This document shows positions 35,048 to 44,151 of a stretch of 64,000 bases of DNA, one piece after another. Location of the stretch: positions 3,202,441-3,266,440 of the forward strand of contig OY970306.1 in assembly GCA_963716375.1 (NCBI GenBank), written 5' to 3'. The notes beneath the pieces are model-generated. The model was not told the origin of the DNA. It did not search any database and saw only the letters and a program-made list of their open reading frames with translations. Positions within the stretch are counted from its first letter, which is position 1; every line of letters begins with the position of its first letter. The position numbers were made by a program, and so were the translations under genes. The DNA is from an uncultured Chloroflexia bacterium (GTDB lineage Bacteria; Chloroflexota; Limnocylindria; Limnocylindrales; CSP1-4).

Positions 35048-35547
35048 GCCGATGTCTCCTTCCGGTCGGTCGGTTCGCCGGGCTGGCTGCGTTTCGCGCC
35101 GGGACCAGCGTCGTACAAACCGAAGAACCTGTTGATCGTTTCGCGATAGGTATCGAGCATCGCCGCGGAGGTCGCCAGCCAGGCATCGCCGGGGCCAGTG
35201 ATCGTGTAGACGCGGCGGGCGGGACCGGTCGGACCCGGTTCCCAGGCCGACTCCAGCAGACCGTCCTTCTCCATCTGGCGGAGCGTCCGATACAGCGTGC
35301 TCATCGTGATCCCGAACAGGCCGAACCCGCGCAGGTAGTCCTCGATTGCGTAGCCGTGGGCCCGTTGGAGCGAGACCGCCAGCAGGACGAACGGCGTCAG
35401 GAAATCACGAGGTGGCCAACCGGGGAACTGCTCGCGCTCCTCGGCCGGCTCCGGCGGTCCGTCAGCTTCCGGGGCCGAGGCATCGGCCGCGCCCGCGGTG
35501 CGATCGGACTCGGAAGCGGCGGCGCTGGGTCTATGGCGGTCAGTCAC
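35044..35547 (-). CDS. PadR-family transcriptional regulator (PhaQ-like by context)
   Basis: LTPFVLLAVSLQRAHGYAIEDYL....STLYRTLRQMEKDGLLESAWE....ARRVYTIT is a classic PadR winged helix. It is the first gene of the phaE-phaC operon. Confidence 0.8.
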   Translation of the reverse strand: MTDRHRPSAAASESDRTAGAADASAPEADGPPEPAEEREQFPGWPPRDFLTPFVLLAVSLQRAHGYAIEDYLRGFGLFGITMSTLYRTLRQMEKDGLLESAWEPGPTGPARRVYTITGPGDAWLATSAAMLDTYRETINRFFGLYDAGPGAKRSQPGEPTDRKETSA

Positions 35548-35674
35548 GGTCGTCCATGAGATTCTCGGTCTCCGGGCGGGCTGTCGACTTGACAGTCTCG
35601 ACCACTAGATGCACACTGCACTTAGAGTTACGTTGTCCGTAGAGACAGCACGATCATAGGCGAAGGAGCTCGCA

Positions 35675-36067
35675 ATGTCCACTACAACGACCGAACTTCC
35701 GGAGTCGGCGGCTGCCGCTGTGGCCGAGGCCTCCCGCATCGCCGCCCAGGCGGCCCGCAACAGCACCGAAACGGCGAGGGCCTCGTTCGAGGCCACCCGC
35801 TCGTACGTCGGTGAGACCAGTGTCATCGGCCGCGAGATGCTCGAGGGTTGGTTCACCCAGAGTGAGGCAGTCCTCAAGACGGCATTCGAGGCACAGAATG
35901 CGGCGATGGTCGCCGGCTTGAACCTGTTCGATCTGGGCCTCAAGGGCAACCGCAAGGCTGTCGAGCAGTTCTCGACGATCGTCAAGCGAACCCAGCAGGC
36001 GACGCTCGAGAGCTGGCAGTCCGCCGTCAAGGCCGCCTCGATGGCGACGGAAACCCCCAAGCGCTGA
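35675..36067 (+). CDS. phaP: Phasin-family PHA granule protein
   Basis: AGGAG RBS. 130 aa, Ala/Glu/Gln-rich and helical (EAVLKTAFEAQNAAMVAGLNLFDLGLKGNRKAVEQF). Divergent from the pha synthase operon. Confidence 0.75.
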   Translation: MSTTTTELPESAAAAVAEASRIAAQAARNSTETARASFEATRSYVGETSVIGREMLEGWFTQSEAVLKTAFEAQNAAMVAGLNLFDLGLKGNRKAVEQFSTIVKRTQQATLESWQSAVKAASMATETPKR

Positions 36068-36145
36068 CCATCGGCCGACGACCCACGGAATCGACCGGCG
36101 ACCGGTCGGCCGATTCCGCCCGTCGCGGTCCCAGGAGGTTCTGCG

Positions 36146-36907
36146 ATGGCTGAGCTGGAAGGCAAATCCTGCCTCGTCACCGGCGGATCGCGCGGCATCG
36201 GCCGAGCGATCGCTCTCGAACTCGGACGACACGGCGCCTGTGTGGCCGTCGCGTACCACTCCGACGAGATCGGACACAACCACGAGGAACAGGCCCACGA
36301 AGTCACCGCCGAGATCACGGCGGCCGGGGGCCAGGCGTACGCCATCGGTTGCGATGTTCGCGATCCGGCGTCCATCACTGCGGCCGTCGCGAGCGTCAAG
36401 GAGCAGTTCGGCAGCGTCGACATCCTCGTCAACAACGCCGGGATCACCCGCGACCGCTCGCTGGCCAAGATGTCGCCGGACGAATGGGATGCCGTCATCC
36501 AGACGAACCTGACGAGCGTCTTCCACCTGACCGCACGGGTGCTGCCGCACATGGTCGAGGCCGGCTACGGCCGGATCGTCAACATCAGCTCCGTCGTCGG
36601 CCTCCACGGCAACTTCGGTCAGGCGAACTACGCCGCGGCCAAGGCCGGGATCGTCGGCTTCACCAAGACCGCCGCGCTCGAGCTCGCCCGCAAGGGCGTG
36701 ACCGTCAACGCGATCGCGCCCGGCTTCATCGAGACGCAGATGATCGCAGCCATGCCCGACGACGTCCGCGCCCGGATCCTCGAGAAGATCCCGATGGGTC
36801 GGTTCGGGCGTCCGGAGGAGATCGCCGACCTTGTCGCCTTCCTCGTTACGAAGGGCGACTACATCACCGGTCAGGTGATCGCCATCGACGGCGGAATGTA
36901 CACGTAA
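36146..36907 (+). CDS. phaB: Short-chain dehydrogenase: acetoacetyl-CoA reductase / 3-oxoacyl-ACP reductase
   Basis: TGGSRGIGRAIA, NNAGI, the S...YAAAK catalytic pattern and IAPGFIET. AGGAGG RBS. Confidence 0.85.
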   Translation: MAELEGKSCLVTGGSRGIGRAIALELGRHGACVAVAYHSDEIGHNHEEQAHEVTAEITAAGGQAYAIGCDVRDPASITAAVASVKEQFGSVDILVNNAGITRDRSLAKMSPDEWDAVIQTNLTSVFHLTARVLPHMVEAGYGRIVNISSVVGLHGNFGQANYAAAKAGIVGFTKTAALELARKGVTVNAIAPGFIETQMIAAMPDDVRARILEKIPMGRFGRPEEIADLVAFLVTKGDYITGQVIAIDGGMYT

Positions 36908-36928
36908 AGCCAAGGAACGAGAGTCACC

Positions 36929-38170
36929 ATGGATGACACGACCACGACAGGCCGCAACGGCGGCGTCTATCTCGTGAGCGCCGCACGGACGCCGATCGGC
37001 AAGTTCGGTGGCGCGATGGCGGGCGTCCCGGCGGTCGAGCTCGGCGGAGTGGCCATCCGGGCCGCGATGGAGCGCAGCGGCCTGCCGGCCGGCACTCCCG
37101 TCGACGAGGTCCTCATGGGCCAGGTGATCCAGGCCGGCGCAGGCCAGGCGCCGGCCCGTCAGGCGGCCCTCCTCGGGGGACTGCCCGTGTCGACGAGCGC
37201 GACGACGATCAACAAGGTCTGCGGCTCAGGTCTGAAGGCGATCATGCTCGGGGCCGCCGAGATCCGTGCCGGTGACGCCGAGGTCGTCGTCGCCGGCGGC
37301 ATGGAGAGCATGAACGGCGCGCCCTATCTCCTGCCCCGTGCCCGCTTCGGGTATCGCCTGGGCGACGCGACGCTGGTTGACGCAACCGTCCATGACGCGC
37401 TGTGGTGCGCCGTGGAGGAGTGCCATGTCGGCACCCACGCCGAGCGTGTCGCGATCGCCAACAAGGTCAGTCGCGAGGATCAGGACGAGTTCGCCCTGCG
37501 CAGCCACGTGCGTGCGATCGCGGCGATGGACGCCGGCCGGTTCGACGCCGAGCTCGCCCCGGTGACCGTCCGCGACGCCAAGGGCCGCGAGACCCTCGTC
37601 AGCGTCGATGAAGGCCCCCGTCGGGACTCGACGATCGAGGCGCTGGCCCGCCTGCGGCCCGCCTTCGATCTACCGCAGGGTGAAGATCGCGGCGGCGCGA
37701 CAAGCGGGACCGCCACCGCCGGCAACGTGCCGGGCATCACGGACGGCGGCGCGGCGACGGTCGTAGTCAGCGAGCGGACGGTCGAGCGGTTCGGACTCAA
37801 GCCACTTGCCCGGATCGTCGGCTATGCCCAGGCGGACATGGAGCCGAAGTGGCTCTTCCTGGCGCCGGTGATGGGTGTCCGCCGACTGCTCGATCGGATC
37901 GAGATGCCGATCGAAGCGTTCGATCTCATCGAGATCAACGAGGCGTTCGCCGCTCAGGTCCTGGCCGACGGCCGGGAACTCGGCTTCGACTGGGACAAGG
38001 TGAACGTCAACGGTGGCGCGATCGCCCTCGGTCACCCGGTCGGCGCGTCTGGAGCCCGGATCGTCGCCACGCTCCTCCACGAGCTGGCGCGACGAGAGGC
38101 CCGCTACGGCCTGGCGACCCTCTGCCTCGGCGGCGGTGGGTCCGTGGCCATGGCGTTCGAGAGGGTCTGA
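36929..38170 (+). CDS. phaA: Acetyl-CoA acetyltransferase (thiolase II)
   Basis: NKVCGSGLKAI (active-site Cys), NEAFAAQ, NVNGGAIALGHPVGASGARI and CLGGGGSVA. Confidence 0.9.
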   Translation: MDDTTTTGRNGGVYLVSAARTPIGKFGGAMAGVPAVELGGVAIRAAMERSGLPAGTPVDEVLMGQVIQAGAGQAPARQAALLGGLPVSTSATTINKVCGSGLKAIMLGAAEIRAGDAEVVVAGGMESMNGAPYLLPRARFGYRLGDATLVDATVHDALWCAVEECHVGTHAERVAIANKVSREDQDEFALRSHVRAIAAMDAGRFDAELAPVTVRDAKGRETLVSVDEGPRRDSTIEALARLRPAFDLPQGEDRGGATSGTATAGNVPGITDGGAATVVVSERTVERFGLKPLARIVGYAQADMEPKWLFLAPVMGVRRLLDRIEMPIEAFDLIEINEAFAAQVLADGRELGFDWDKVNVNGGAIALGHPVGASGARIVATLLHELARREARYGLATLCLGGGGSVAMAFERV

Positions 38171-38185
38171 CCGCTCGAGCGCGAA

Positions 38186-38215
38186 GGCGGGGCCGCGTCG
38201 TGTGTCGGCCCCGCC
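38186..38215. terminator. GC-rich hairpin between convergent genes (possible bidirectional terminator)
   Basis: GGCGGGGCCG (38186-38195) pairs with CGGCCCCGCC (38206-38215), with a 10-nt loop. No clear U-tract. Confidence 0.45.
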
Positions 38216-38252
38216 GCCTGAGCCTTGATCGGAACGCGACCCTCCGCTCGGA

Positions 38253-40079
38253 TCAGTCGCCCGGCTCGAAGGGAACGTAGTCGGGCCACCACATCGCGCG
38301 ATCGACGGCCAACTCAATCTCCTCATCCGACGCGGCACGCCCGTGACCGCTCGCCCGTGCCTCCCGGACGACGGCGACCGCGATCGTCCGCGCGACCGCC
38401 CGCAGGCCCGCGATCGGCGGGTAGAGCGCGCCGACATGCAACCGGTCGGCCGAGACCAGACCGGCCAGCTCGTGAGCGGCGACCAGGAACATGTCGTCGG
38501 TCACCTCACGGGTCTCCGCGATGATCGCTCCGAGACCCACCCCCGGGAAGACGAAGACGTTGTTGGCCTGACCGATCACGCGGACCCCGGTCGGGCCGGC
38601 GACGTCGCGGCTCGGGCCACCCGTGGCTACGAGTGCCCGCCCCGCGGTCCAGGCGAGGATGTCCTCAGGCCGCGCCTCGGCACAGGCAGTCGGGTTTGAC
38701 AGCGGCAGCAGGATCGGGACCGGGTCGTGGAGCGCCACTTCTCGGACGAGTGCCTCGGTGAACGCGCCGGCGCAGGCCGATGCACCGATGAGGACCGTCG
38801 TTCCGGTCGCGCGGGCGAGGGCGACCGGGTCGGCCAGTTCCGACGGTTGAAGGCCGGCCTCCAGCAGGCGAGCAGGATCGGCCGCAAACGGCCGCTGGTC
38901 GTCCGGCAGCGCCGGCCGAAGTGTGTGGACCAGGCCGTGGCTGTCGAGCATGACGATGGCTGAAGCCGCTGCGGCGGGGTCCATCCCCTCCGCGATGAGC
39001 TCACGCCGAAGCAGGGCTGCGATGCCGATCGCCGCTGCGCCGGCTCCCACGAACATGAACTTGTCCGAGGTCAGACCGCCGCGTGCCCTTCGCGCCGCGA
39101 GGAGGCCGGCCAGGACGACCGCTGCGGTTCCCTGGATGTCATCGTTGAAGCTCGGCAGCCGGCGCCGATACCGTTCCAGGATGCGAACGGCGTTGTGCTG
39201 CTTGAAGTCCTCCCACTGCACGACCGCGGTGGGAAAGACCCGAGCAACGGCGTCCACGAACGCCGCGACGACCGCGTCATATGCCGGGCCGCGCAAGCGA
39301 GGCGCCCGATGACCGAGGTAGAGCGGATCGTCAAGAAGGGCGCTGTTATCCGTCCCGACGTCCAGCGAGACGGGCAGCGTCAGCGCCGGGTAGATGCCAG
39401 CGGCCGCGGTGTAGAGGGCCAGCTTCCCGACCGGGATCGGCATCCCACCGGCCCCCTGGTCGCCCAGGCCCAGGATGCGTTCATTGTCGGTGACGACGAT
39501 CAGGCGGATGGCGTCGCCGGTTGCCCGAAGGATGTGGTCGATCCGGCCGACGTCATCGGGCGTGATCCAGACGCCGCGCGGACGCCGAAAGATATGGCTG
39601 AAGTGCTGGCACGCAAGGCCAACCGTCGGTGTATAGACGATCGGCAGGAACTCCTCGAGGTTGTCGACGAGGAGGCGGTAGAACAGGGTCTCGTTGCGGT
39701 CGTGGAGTGCGGCCAGGCCGATATGACGCTCGAGGTCGTCGTCCTTGCGCCGGACATGCTCGAGTTCCCGGGCGACCTGCTCGTCGAGGGTCGCCACCCC
39801 CGGTGGCAGCAGACCGAGGAGGCCAAAGTCGTCCCGCTCGCGGGTGGTGAAGGCCGTGCCTTTGTTGAGGAGTGGCTGCGCGAGCAGTGCGTGACCGCGA
39901 CTCCGGACGACGAGACGGTGGGACGGTCCACCGACGACCGGGCCGGCCGAGGACGACGGCGCAGCAATCGGGGCCGTGACCGTCAGCGAACTAATCGGTG
40001 CGCCCACGTGGAGCCGATCCGGTCTCGGCTCGAACGGGATCGACCTCGGCAAATCTGTGCGCGGCGAGATGTGCGTCAC
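38253..40079 (-). CDS. NAD(P)-dependent malic enzyme
   Basis: LLNKGTAFTTRERDDFGLLGLLPP, ETLFYRLL, IVYTPTVGLACQ, FNDDIQGTAAV and FVGAGAAAIGIA. The start may be the GTG at 40007 rather than 40079. Confidence 0.9.
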   Translation of the reverse strand: MTHISPRTDLPRSIPFEPRPDRLHVGAPISSLTVTAPIAAPSSSAGPVVGGPSHRLVVRSRGHALLAQPLLNKGTAFTTRERDDFGLLGLLPPGVATLDEQVARELEHVRRKDDDLERHIGLAALHDRNETLFYRLLVDNLEEFLPIVYTPTVGLACQHFSHIFRRPRGVWITPDDVGRIDHILRATGDAIRLIVVTDNERILGLGDQGAGGMPIPVGKLALYTAAAGIYPALTLPVSLDVGTDNSALLDDPLYLGHRAPRLRGPAYDAVVAAFVDAVARVFPTAVVQWEDFKQHNAVRILERYRRRLPSFNDDIQGTAAVVLAGLLAARRARGGLTSDKFMFVGAGAAAIGIAALLRRELIAEGMDPAAAASAIVMLDSHGLVHTLRPALPDDQRPFAADPARLLEAGLQPSELADPVALARATGTTVLIGASACAGAFTEALVREVALHDPVPILLPLSNPTACAEARPEDILAWTAGRALVATGGPSRDVAGPTGVRVIGQANNVFVFPGVGLGAIIAETREVTDDMFLVAAHELAGLVSADRLHVGALYPPIAGLRAVARTIAVAVVREARASGHGRAASDEEIELAVDRAMWWPDYVPFEPGD

Positions 40080-40239
40080 TGATGGTCCCGACCAGTTTGC
40101 CCTCGCGATCGACCACCGGAATGCCCTTGAGAAAGATGGACCGAAGCACGATGTCCGCCGCTTCGAGGGTCGCGCCGGCGTCGACGACGACGGGTTTCGT
40201 CGACATCACGTCCGCGACTGACTGTCCTGTGTTGGCCAT
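39991..40239 (-). CDS. Small single-CBS-domain protein
   Basis: GGAGGAA 7 nt upstream of the ATG at 40239. VADVMSTKPVVVDAGATLEAADIVLRSIFLKGIPVVDREGKLVGTISDAHL is one CBS motif. The 3' end overlaps the malic enzyme 5' region. Confidence 0.55.
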   Translation of the reverse strand: MANTGQSVADVMSTKPVVVDAGATLEAADIVLRSIFLKGIPVVDREGKLVGTISDAHLAAHRFAEVDPVRAETGSAPRGRTD

Positions 40240-40570
40240 GGCCAAGTTCCTCCGACCGAGGACCATCATCCCGGGTCAGAGTGGGCGGCGCTAGGGCCAA
40301 CTGGCCCGTACGGCGTCAGCGCGATCGGGAATCACGAGCAGCCTCGTCAGTCGCGCCCGCGGCGGGTCGTCACACCCGTCTACGAACGCGCTCAGCGAGA
40401 GACGCGGCTGGGTTGGTCCGTTCGACGAGCCGCTGGCGTTGCCCTTCATGGACTCCGGCCACCCAGTCCCAGCCGTCCCTGGCCGCTGGGCCGATCCTCC
40501 GCCCTGTCGAGACGGTATCCCAGTCGGGTTCCAGACCGGGCGCGACAAGCCGCTCATCACGGCCCCCCGG

Positions 40571-41575
40571 TCAGCGCCAGAATTCGGCGAGCTGCTCGGC
40601 ACGGGATCTGCCTTGGTCGTAACCCGCTCGAGCAGCGGGCGCACGCAGCGACAGATCCATCGCATTGGCGCCGAACAGGTGCTCGGAGTCGCTGTCCGGG
40701 AAGATCGTTTCGACGCTGCTGCCGCGTGCGCGCAGTTCGTCGACCTGTGTTGCGAGATGCATGCCCCAGGCCAGCGGCGTGCGTGTTCGGCCTCCGAATG
40801 GCGAAAGCACCAGCACGCGTGCGGATCCGGCGGCCAGATCGGCATTCTCGGCGTTGGATCGGTAGCCGCCGTCGATGTATCGGCTGTCCCCGATCCTGTA
40901 GGGAAGGCCACTGGCACAGCTGGCGGCGACGGCGTCCACCAGGTCGACGCCGCTGTGGCGGTCGAACACGACCGGTTCACCCGTCTGGGCATCGACCGCC
41001 GTGATGAGCACCGTTCGTTGCGGCCAGAGCTGACTGGGCAGCCGCGCGGCGACGGTGGCGCGCCACTGTGCCTGCCAGGAGCCGTCCGACGCCGCATCCA
41101 TGTCGAGTGCCGCCGCGCCCATCCTGCGGCGCATGTCAGCCGCATCCTCAGCGGAGGCGATGATCCTGCTGGTTCTCTCCATGTGGTCCACCACCGGCGT
41201 CGTCGGGACTCGTTCCCGATCGGATCCGATCGGACCGGTCCGCCGCTGGGGGACGGCGGCGAGGGTGGCGGCAAGCAGCTCGGTCGGGGTCGCGCCACCG
41301 ATCTGGGCCGCGGTCGTCGAGCCGGCCGACGTCCCGATGGTCAGGTCGGCCGTGGTCACGTCCAGGCCCGCATCGAACAGGCCGGCGATGACGCCGATCA
41401 GCCAGGCGTTGCCGGTCGATCCGCCGCCCCCGAGGACCAACGCTCGCTCGCCCGCGGCGCGCGCCCGCTGTGTGGCGTCGACCCGCGGCTGAACCTGGTC
41501 GGACGTCGGCCCATCGGAGGCCGTCGTCGAGGTGAGGTGCGGAGTTGAAGAAGGAGTCGTGTTCATGGGAGTCAC
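40571..41575 (-). CDS. Patatin-like phospholipase family protein
   Basis: LVLGGGGSTG (oxyanion), GTSAG (GxSxG) and YIDGG (catalytic Asp). GTG at 41575 or ATG at 41566. Confidence 0.85.
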   Translation of the reverse strand: MTPMNTTPSSTPHLTSTTASDGPTSDQVQPRVDATQRARAAGERALVLGGGGSTGNAWLIGVIAGLFDAGLDVTTADLTIGTSAGSTTAAQIGGATPTELLAATLAAVPQRRTGPIGSDRERVPTTPVVDHMERTSRIIASAEDAADMRRRMGAAALDMDAASDGSWQAQWRATVAARLPSQLWPQRTVLITAVDAQTGEPVVFDRHSGVDLVDAVAASCASGLPYRIGDSRYIDGGYRSNAENADLAAGSARVLVLSPFGGRTRTPLAWGMHLATQVDELRARGSSVETIFPDSDSEHLFGANAMDLSLRAPAARAGYDQGRSRAEQLAEFWR

Positions 41576-41820
41576 CTTTCGCGAATTGCGTGGTGGGCGC
41601 TCCCCGGGGCGACTGGCTCAGTCGCCCGATCGTGGGCTGCAGGGGAGGGCCCATGTGGATGTTGCGTTCATGAGTTCACCTCCTTCCCGGCCGATCGCGA
41701 TCGGCAGGACGCTAGCAGACTCGGCGACGCGTTGCGCAACGAGCTTGCCGGCCGGCGCGGCGCTCACCGCTTCTTCCCCCCGACTTGCATTCGCGGATTC
41801 ATTGGTGCACACTGAACCGT

Positions 41821-42186
41821 ATGGTTCAGTATCCGGGTACCCGACTCGATGCCTCGTTCGCCGCCCTCTCGGACGCCACGCGACGCGGCGTTCTGGAGCA
41901 TCTCGGACGTGCCGACGCTTCGATCACGGACCTGGCCCGGACCTTCCACATGACCCTCACGGGCATGAGGAAGCACGTCGGCGTCCTGGAGCAGGCCGAG
42001 CTCGTCACCACGGCGAAGGTCGGGCGCGTGCGGACATGCCGGCTCGGTCCCCGTCGACTCGAAGAAGTGACGGTCTGGACCGAGCAGTACCGCCGGCTCT
42101 GGGAGACACGCTTCGACGAGCTGGACAAGGTTGTCGAGGAACTGAATCGGAAGGAGAAGGTCGATGGACGCAATCAGCCAGAGTGA
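41821..42186 (+). CDS. ArsR/SmtB-family transcriptional regulator
   Basis: FAALSDATRRGVLEHLGRADASITDLARTFHMTLTGMRKHVGVLEQAELV. Confidence 0.8.
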   Translation: MVQYPGTRLDASFAALSDATRRGVLEHLGRADASITDLARTFHMTLTGMRKHVGVLEQAELVTTAKVGRVRTCRLGPRRLEEVTVWTEQYRRLWETRFDELDKVVEELNRKEKVDGRNQPE

Positions 42187-42685
42187 GCCCACCTCCATGG
42201 GGAACAACGCGACGGTGGAACGGAGGTCCGAGCGAGAACTCGTGGTCACGCGAACCGTCCACGGCCCGGCGCGCATCGTGTTCGATGCCTGGACCAGGCC
42301 CGAACTGCTCGAGCGGTGGTGGGCACCGAAGTCGTTCCCCATCTCGCTGCTTTCCTGCGAGACGGACGTTCGCGTCGGCGGCAGGTACCGTTTGGTGTTC
42401 GGTTACGAGGGCTCGACCATGGAGTTCTTCGGTCGGTACCTTGAGGTGACACCGCACTCGCGCCTGGTCTGGACCAACGACGAAGGGGACGAGGGTGGGA
42501 CGGTCACCACGGTGACCTTCGAGGAAACGGGCGGCTCGACGCTCTTGGTCGTGCACGATCTCTATCCCTCGAAGGAGGCTCTCGACGGTGCGATCGCATC
42601 CGGGTCGACGTCCGGGATGCCCGAGGCCCTTCAGCAGCTGGACGAGCTTCTCGTCAACCTGGACGCGAGCGCGGGACGGTCATGA
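42164..42685 (+). CDS. SRPBCC (Aha1/START-like) domain protein
   Basis: RTVHGPARIVFDAWTRPELLERWWAPK..., GGRYRLVF and SRLVWT. The typical partner of ArsR regulators. The start may be 42197. Confidence 0.8.
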   Translation: MDAISQSEPTSMGNNATVERRSERELVVTRTVHGPARIVFDAWTRPELLERWWAPKSFPISLLSCETDVRVGGRYRLVFGYEGSTMEFFGRYLEVTPHSRLVWTNDEGDEGGTVTTVTFEETGGSTLLVVHDLYPSKEALDGAIASGSTSGMPEALQQLDELLVNLDASAGRS

Positions 42686-42905
42686 AGTCGTCAGGATTGG
42701 CTGCGCGGCGTGCATGAACGGCAACTGGTTGCAGCTCGCCCGAAGAGGAGAGCTCGACGGGACGACGGGCGACTGATCGATTACAGGGTGTTAGATGGGG
42801 TTTCCATCGGAGGACCGCCGAGACCCGGATCCACGCGTCGACGGGTTGATGCCGGCTGAGGAGGTGACACTCGGCAATCCGTACCACCTCTCGAGGGGAG
42901 TTCGG

Positions 42906-42983
42906 ATGTTGTTCAAGCTGGCCGCCGTGATCCTCGCAGTCAGCATGACGGCGCTCTTCTTCCGGGGCTTGATCCACTGGTAG
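42906..42983 (+). CDS. Possible 25-aa hydrophobic micro-protein
   Basis: GGGGAG 6 nt upstream of the ATG. MLFKLAAVILAVSMTALFFRGLIHW is a single TM helix. It lies in a lower-GC intergenic patch. Weak evidence. Confidence 0.2.
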   Translation: MLFKLAAVILAVSMTALFFRGLIHW

Positions 42984-43067
42984 CCGAGTCCACAGCCGCC
43001 GGATCGTCCCAGGAGTTGACCAGCCCTCGTGGCTGACGGCAGCCGTTGCCGGCGCATGCGGGTCCGG

Positions 43068-43970
43068 TCAGCCGTTCGCATCCCGGGCGGGGCCGGCGAC
43101 ATCCGCGGCCATGCGCCTCAGGCCATCCGGACCCAGACGGCCCGGCACGCCGATGATCAGGTGGTCGGCATCGGCGCGCAGAAACTCCATGGCAGTCGCA
43201 CGGGCCTCGCGGCGCTCGCGCGCTGACCCTCCCGCATTGAGCTGAGCCGCAAAGGTGAAGTCGTCGGGGTTCCGCCCGACGACTTCGAGGGCCTGCCGAA
43301 TCTCGTCTCGCTTCTGCGCGAAATAGGCCACGTCGCCAGGGCGATTGCCCGGCATCACCCAGCCCTCCGCATACCGTGCCGCGAGTGCGATGCCGCGCCG
43401 CCGCTGACCGCCCAGCCAGATCGCGGGGCCTCCGGGGCGGAGCGGTGGTGGCTCGTTCGTGGCCGCCCGCAGCGGGTAGAAGGGGTCCGCTCGAGTCACG
43501 CCCGGTGGTCTCCTGGCCGCCTCGGAGAACAAGGCCGACACGACCCCCACGGCGCTCTCGAAGCGATCGAACCGCTCGCCCAACGGCGGGAGCGGGATCC
43601 CGAATTGGGCGTGCTCGCCCGGATGCCAGCCTGCCCCGAGGCCGAGAATGAAGCGGCCACCCGTGACCTGATCGAGCACGGTGGCCGCCTTCGCCAGCAC
43701 GGCCGGGTGGCGGAACGTGGTGGAGGCGACCGCCACGCCCACCCACAGGCCCGGGACGCGATCGGCGAGAGCCGCCAGCACGGTCAGCGACTCGAAGCTG
43801 CCGCCACCCTGCTCACGGTTGGCATCGCTCAGGTGGTCGCTTGTCCACCCCGCGTCGAAGATCTCGAGTTCGCCCGCCAGCGTCCAGGTGGCTGACAGGC
43901 CCGGCCAGTCGATGCCGGTCGCGTCAGTGGCGGAGATCCGAAAACCGAGAAGACCGGGACGCGATCGCAC
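43068..43970 (-). CDS. LLM-class (luciferase-like) F420-dependent oxidoreductase
   Basis: SLTVLAALADRVPGLWVGVAV, HPAVLAKAATVLDQVTGGRFILGLGAGW and IWLGG. Confidence 0.8.
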   Translation of the reverse strand: MRSRPGLLGFRISATDATGIDWPGLSATWTLAGELEIFDAGWTSDHLSDANREQGGGSFESLTVLAALADRVPGLWVGVAVASTTFRHPAVLAKAATVLDQVTGGRFILGLGAGWHPGEHAQFGIPLPPLGERFDRFESAVGVVSALFSEAARRPPGVTRADPFYPLRAATNEPPPLRPGGPAIWLGGQRRRGIALAARYAEGWVMPGNRPGDVAYFAQKRDEIRQALEVVGRNPDDFTFAAQLNAGGSARERREARATAMEFLRADADHLIIGVPGRLGPDGLRRMAADVAGPARDANG

Positions 43971-44151
43971 AGTGCCTCCGACGATGGCTACGGCTGACCT
44001 TACGCCTCCGGTGATCGCGGGTCACGGTCGTGGTCCGGCAACCAGGCGGGCATCGATCAGCCGCCGTGCCCATGCAGGCGAAATTCGATTGACTCGCTGT
44101 GGGCGCGCACCCATGATTGGCCGGCTGTTCGTCGACCGGCAGGGGGTTGAG

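Noticed and set aside
40571-41575. Patatin-like phospholipase considered as an effector of a CBASS-like or other defence system.
   Set aside because: No nucleotidyltransferase/cyclase, sensor or other defence-associated gene is adjacent. Its neighbours are a CBS mini-protein, malic enzyme and an ArsR/SRPBCC pair.
43681-44151. N-terminal 157-aa extension of ORF 43681..45795.
   Set aside because: The extension is antisense to the LLM oxidoreductase gene and Arg/Pro-rich. A good RBS plus a signal peptide begins at 44152.
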